Assembly: GCA_002346425.1 (NCBI GenBank)
Contig: DDZS01000035.1
Location: forward strand, 45,835 to 109,834
DNA length: 64,000 bases
Source of the DNA: Alphaproteobacteria bacterium UBA3002
Lineage (GTDB): Bacteria > Pseudomonadota > Alphaproteobacteria > Rickettsiales > UBA3002
Direction: 5' to 3'
Shown here: positions 61,418 through 64,000 of the stretch, piece after piece
Position numbering within the stretch: the stretch's first letter is position 1
Layout: every line of letters begins with the position of its first letter
Position numbers and translations under genes: made by a program
Notes under the pieces: generated by a model
What the model saw: only the letters and a program-made list of their open reading frames with translations
The model's database searches: none
Told to the model about the DNA's origin: nothing

Positions 61418-62440
61418 ATGTCAGACATTCTGCTTTCCAACCTTCGAGGTAACCCTACCGATCGCATCCCTTTCTGGTTCATGCGCCAAGCCGGGAGATA
61501 CCTGCCGGAATACCAGAAAGTGCGTCAGAATTTTACGAATTTCCTGGAATTTTGCTACACTCCGGAAGCGGCGTGTGAAGTAACCCTCCAGCCATTGCGG
61601 CGCTACGATATGGATGCTGCGATTCTGTTTTGCGATATTCTGGTGATTCCCGATGCCTTGGGTCAGCCGGTCACTTTTGTCAAAGGCGAAGGACCGAAGT
61701 TGGAAGCACTCACGGACGAGAAAGCCATCAGCGAATTGACGCCAGAACGCATACGAGAACATCTGGCACCGGTTCAGGAAAGCATTCGATTGATCCGTCA
61801 GGCGTTACCGGAAAATAAAACACTGATCGGCTTTTCCGGCGCGCCATGGACGCTGGCCTGTTACATGTTGGAAGGCGGCGGCAGCAAAGAATTCGGAGCA
61901 GCGCGTAGTTTGTTGCATCGTGAGCCCGAAACCTATCAGCGGTTAAGCCGCATTTTGGAAACTGCAATTACCGATTATCTGTGCATGCAGGCTGAAGCCG
62001 GTGCGCAGGTTGTCAAACTCTTTGACAGCTGGGCTGGGGTGCTCGATTGTGAAGGATTCGATCAAGCGGTGGTTGCGCCAACCCAGCGCATCACCTCCGC
62101 CTTTAAAGCCAAACATCCCAATGTGCCTGTGATTGCATTTGCGCGTGGGGCGGGTGCCAAACTCGCTCAATATGCAAAGCAAATCGGTGCCGATTGCGTG
62201 GCTTTTGATCAAACGCACCCTCTGAGCATGGCATTGGAAACCGGAATCTGTATTCAGGGAAATCTGGATAATTATGTATTGCAAAGCAGCGCAGAGGCAG
62301 CCGTCGCCCAAACCAAGCATATTTTGAGCGGCGCAGGTAAGGCACCGTTTATTTTTAATCTCGGGCATGGTGTGCTACAACATACTCCGCCGGAACATGT
62401 CGCCGCCGTGGCGGAAACCATTCGCGGATACAGGAGATAA
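61418..62440 (+). CDS. hemE: uroporphyrinogen decarboxylase
   Basis: PFWFMRQAGRYLPEY, ILFCDILVIP, and 340 aa length. Confidence 0.95.
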   Translation: MSDILLSNLRGNPTDRIPFWFMRQAGRYLPEYQKVRQNFTNFLEFCYTPEAACEVTLQPLRRYDMDAAILFCDILVIPDALGQPVTFVKGEGPKLEALTDEKAISELTPERIREHLAPVQESIRLIRQALPENKTLIGFSGAPWTLACYMLEGGGSKEFGAARSLLHREPETYQRLSRILETAITDYLCMQAEAGAQVVKLFDSWAGVLDCEGFDQAVVAPTQRITSAFKAKHPNVPVIAFARGAGAKLAQYAKQIGADCVAFDQTHPLSMALETGICIQGNLDNYVLQSSAEAAVAQTKHILSGAGKAPFIFNLGHGVLQHTPPEHVAAVAETIRGYRR

Positions 62441-62441
62441 T

Positions 62442-62879
62442 ATGGAACCCTACCTCATTGCCAAATCCCTTCACCTCATTGCTGTGATCAGCTGGATGGC
62501 GGGCATGCTGTATCTACCGCGTCTGTATGTCTATCACGCAAATGTGCCCGTTGGCAGCGAGCGTGATCAGATGTTGCAGGTGATGGAATATAAATTACTG
62601 CGCTTCATCATGACCCCGGCGATGATTGTGACCTGGGGATTGGGCATCTGGCTCATCAGTATTTTAGGTATGGATACGCTAAAGAGCGCCGGCTGGCTGC
62701 ATGCGAAAATCACGTTGGTTCTTTTACTGACAGCATCGCATGGCATGATGGCAGGGATGCGTAAAAAATTTGCTGCTGGGGCAAATACCCGCAGCAGCAA
62801 ATTCTATCGTTGGTTCAATGAGCTTCCGACCTTACTGATGATCGGAATTGTCATTCTGGTAGTGCTAAAACCGTTCTGA
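62442..62879 (+). CDS. hemJ: protoporphyrinogen IX oxidase HemJ (UPF0093/CopD-like membrane protein)
   Basis: Start at MEPYLIAKSLHLIAVISWMAGMLYLPRLYVYH, 1 nt after the hemE stop. Four TM helices; 145 aa. Confidence 0.85.
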   Translation: MEPYLIAKSLHLIAVISWMAGMLYLPRLYVYHANVPVGSERDQMLQVMEYKLLRFIMTPAMIVTWGLGIWLISILGMDTLKSAGWLHAKITLVLLLTASHGMMAGMRKKFAAGANTRSSKFYRWFNELPTLLMIGIVILVVLKPF

Positions 62880-62882
62880 CCG

Positions 62883-64000
62883 TTAAATGGTCGACAGGTC
62901 TAGCGCCAGATCTTCGTAAGTGGTGCTAAAGTTACCCAGTTTATTTGCATGCTCATGAATGAAGAAATTGGATTCACTCAGCGAGGTTACATTTGTCAAA
63001 GTAACGCTACCATGATCGCCAAAGTCCAAGACGGCATTGCCGGATTCAATGCGGTAAATTTGCGTATAATCCAAGGATGACAAAATTGCAGGATCGATAA
63101 AGAGGATATCCCCACCATCTCCCGCCGTGAAATCTTCGATCACGTCATCGCCGTTTAATTGTGTAAAGACAAAGGTATCGCGGCCACTTCCGCCATACAT
63201 CACATCATCGCCAAGCGTACCATATAGATAATCAGCGCCGCCAGAGCCATAGAGCGTATCATTGCCCAGCCCGCCGACCAGATGATCATCGCCGTCGGTG
63301 AGATCGGTGGCATCGCTGCCGCCATAAATAACATCGTCACCGCCATTGCCGACGATCACATCGTTTCCGGCATCGCCGTAAATCGTGTCGGCCTCGTCAT
63401 CAGCATGGGCGATGCCGCCCCCGCCCGCTAACAGATCATTACCTTCGCCGCCGTGAATCACGTCTTCGCCGCGACCGCCGTAAATGTCATCATTGTTGCC
63501 GGTACTGGCAGTTTGCTCATCCCCGTAAATCACATCATTGCCTGCGTTACCTAAAATGACATCCTTACCTAATCCGCCAACTAACGTATCATTACCATCC
63601 GAAAAATCAGCGATGCCGGTACCGCCAAATAAGACATCATGGCCTTCTCCTCCGGTAAGAGCCTGATCGCCGCTACCCCCTTGAAGGGTAACACCTGCCG
63701 CCAGCGATCCGGAAGAAAGCACGTAAAAGCTTTTGGTGCCTGCCACGTAATAGATGGAAGTCGGACCCGACAATTCTCCGGCATTATTCAGACTATCGAT
63801 AGAATTATTAATGGTCGTGTTATGATTTGCCTGGAACATCTCGTTAGGTTCAAAGCGTAGAATGTCTTCACCATAGGTAAAGTCGTCGATGACAATATCT
63901 TCAAAGCCGATGATGAAGGTATCGGCACCCGCGCCGCCATGTACGACATCGGCGACGTTCCCTTCGATCGTATCGTTCCCATCACCGCCATCCAGATAAT
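62883..64000 (-). CDS. RTX-type calcium-binding secreted protein (hemolysin-type nonapeptide repeats); N-terminal part lies beyond the window
   Basis: The frame stays open from 63839 to the window edge (YLDGGDGNDTIEGNVADVVHGGAGADTFIIGF...). There are more than 12 GGxGxDxxx-type repeats (GGEGHDVLFGGTG, GGLGKDVILGNAGNDVIYG, GGRGEDVIHGGEGNDLLAGG, GGLGNDTLYGSGGADYLYG, GGSGRDTFVF). The C-terminal 90 aa is non-repeat, consistent with a T1SS signal region. Confidence 0.85.
   Translation of the reverse strand, partial: YLDGGDGNDTIEGNVADVVHGGAGADTFIIGFEDIVIDDFTYGEDILRFEPNEMFQANHNTTINNSIDSLNNAGELSGPTSIYYVAGTKSFYVLSSGSLAAGVTLQGGSGDQALTGGEGHDVLFGGTGIADFSDGNDTLVGGLGKDVILGNAGNDVIYGDEQTASTGNNDDIYGGRGEDVIHGGEGNDLLAGGGGIAHADDEADTIYGDAGNDVIVGNGGDDVIYGGSDATDLTDGDDHLVGGLGNDTLYGSGGADYLYGTLGDDVMYGGSGRDTFVFTQLNGDDVIEDFTAGDGGDILFIDPAILSSLDYTQIYRIESGNAVLDFGDHGSVTLTNVTSLSESNFFIHEHANKLGNFSTTYEDLALDLSTI

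Overview
This is a 64 kb, tightly packed chromosomal segment that reads as alphaproteobacterial; order and genus cannot be fixed from sequence alone. About 62 protein genes and one tRNA-Arg(CCG) can be supported. Most are housekeeping: mdh, der, bamB, guaA, uvrB, carAB, greA, trxB, aatA, ychF, pth, rplY/ctc, prs, uvrC, pgsA, ilvE, lgt, hldD, proC, secB, dnaQ, coaE, aroE, hemE and hemJ. The window also holds a glutathione-dependent formaldehyde detoxification pair (frmA-fghA), PHB-related genes (phaZ, phasin), a TAXI-type TRAP transporter, an EnvZ/OmpR-like two-component pair, and a seven-gene Tad/Cpa pilus assembly operon (cpaB-C-D-E-F-tadB-tadC) with no pilin or prepilin peptidase gene beside it. 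An AT-richer two-gene sensory module (HTH_XRE-REC regulator plus a soluble triple-PAS MCP) sits directly next to the tRNA. A large RTX calcium-binding protein runs off the 3' edge. The most notable non-coding feature is a 398 bp AT-rich gap between the PDRP(DUF299)-aroE-coaE-dnaQ operon and hemE. It has the synteny of the Caulobacter/Rickettsia replication origin and several DnaA-box-like 9-mers, so I call it a candidate oriC. Other second-look items are a candidate sRNA with promoter and terminator downstream of the LysR gene, palindromic MITE/REP-like elements bracketing fghA, TGC-N3-GCA palindromes upstream of the phasin gene, a perfect 15 bp palindrome in the regulator/MCP divergent promoter, and a 101 nt same-strand gene overlap. 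I saw no CRISPR array, rRNA, integrase, transposase or recognisable defence system. I cannot point to a clearly novel multi-gene system here and say so rather than invent one.
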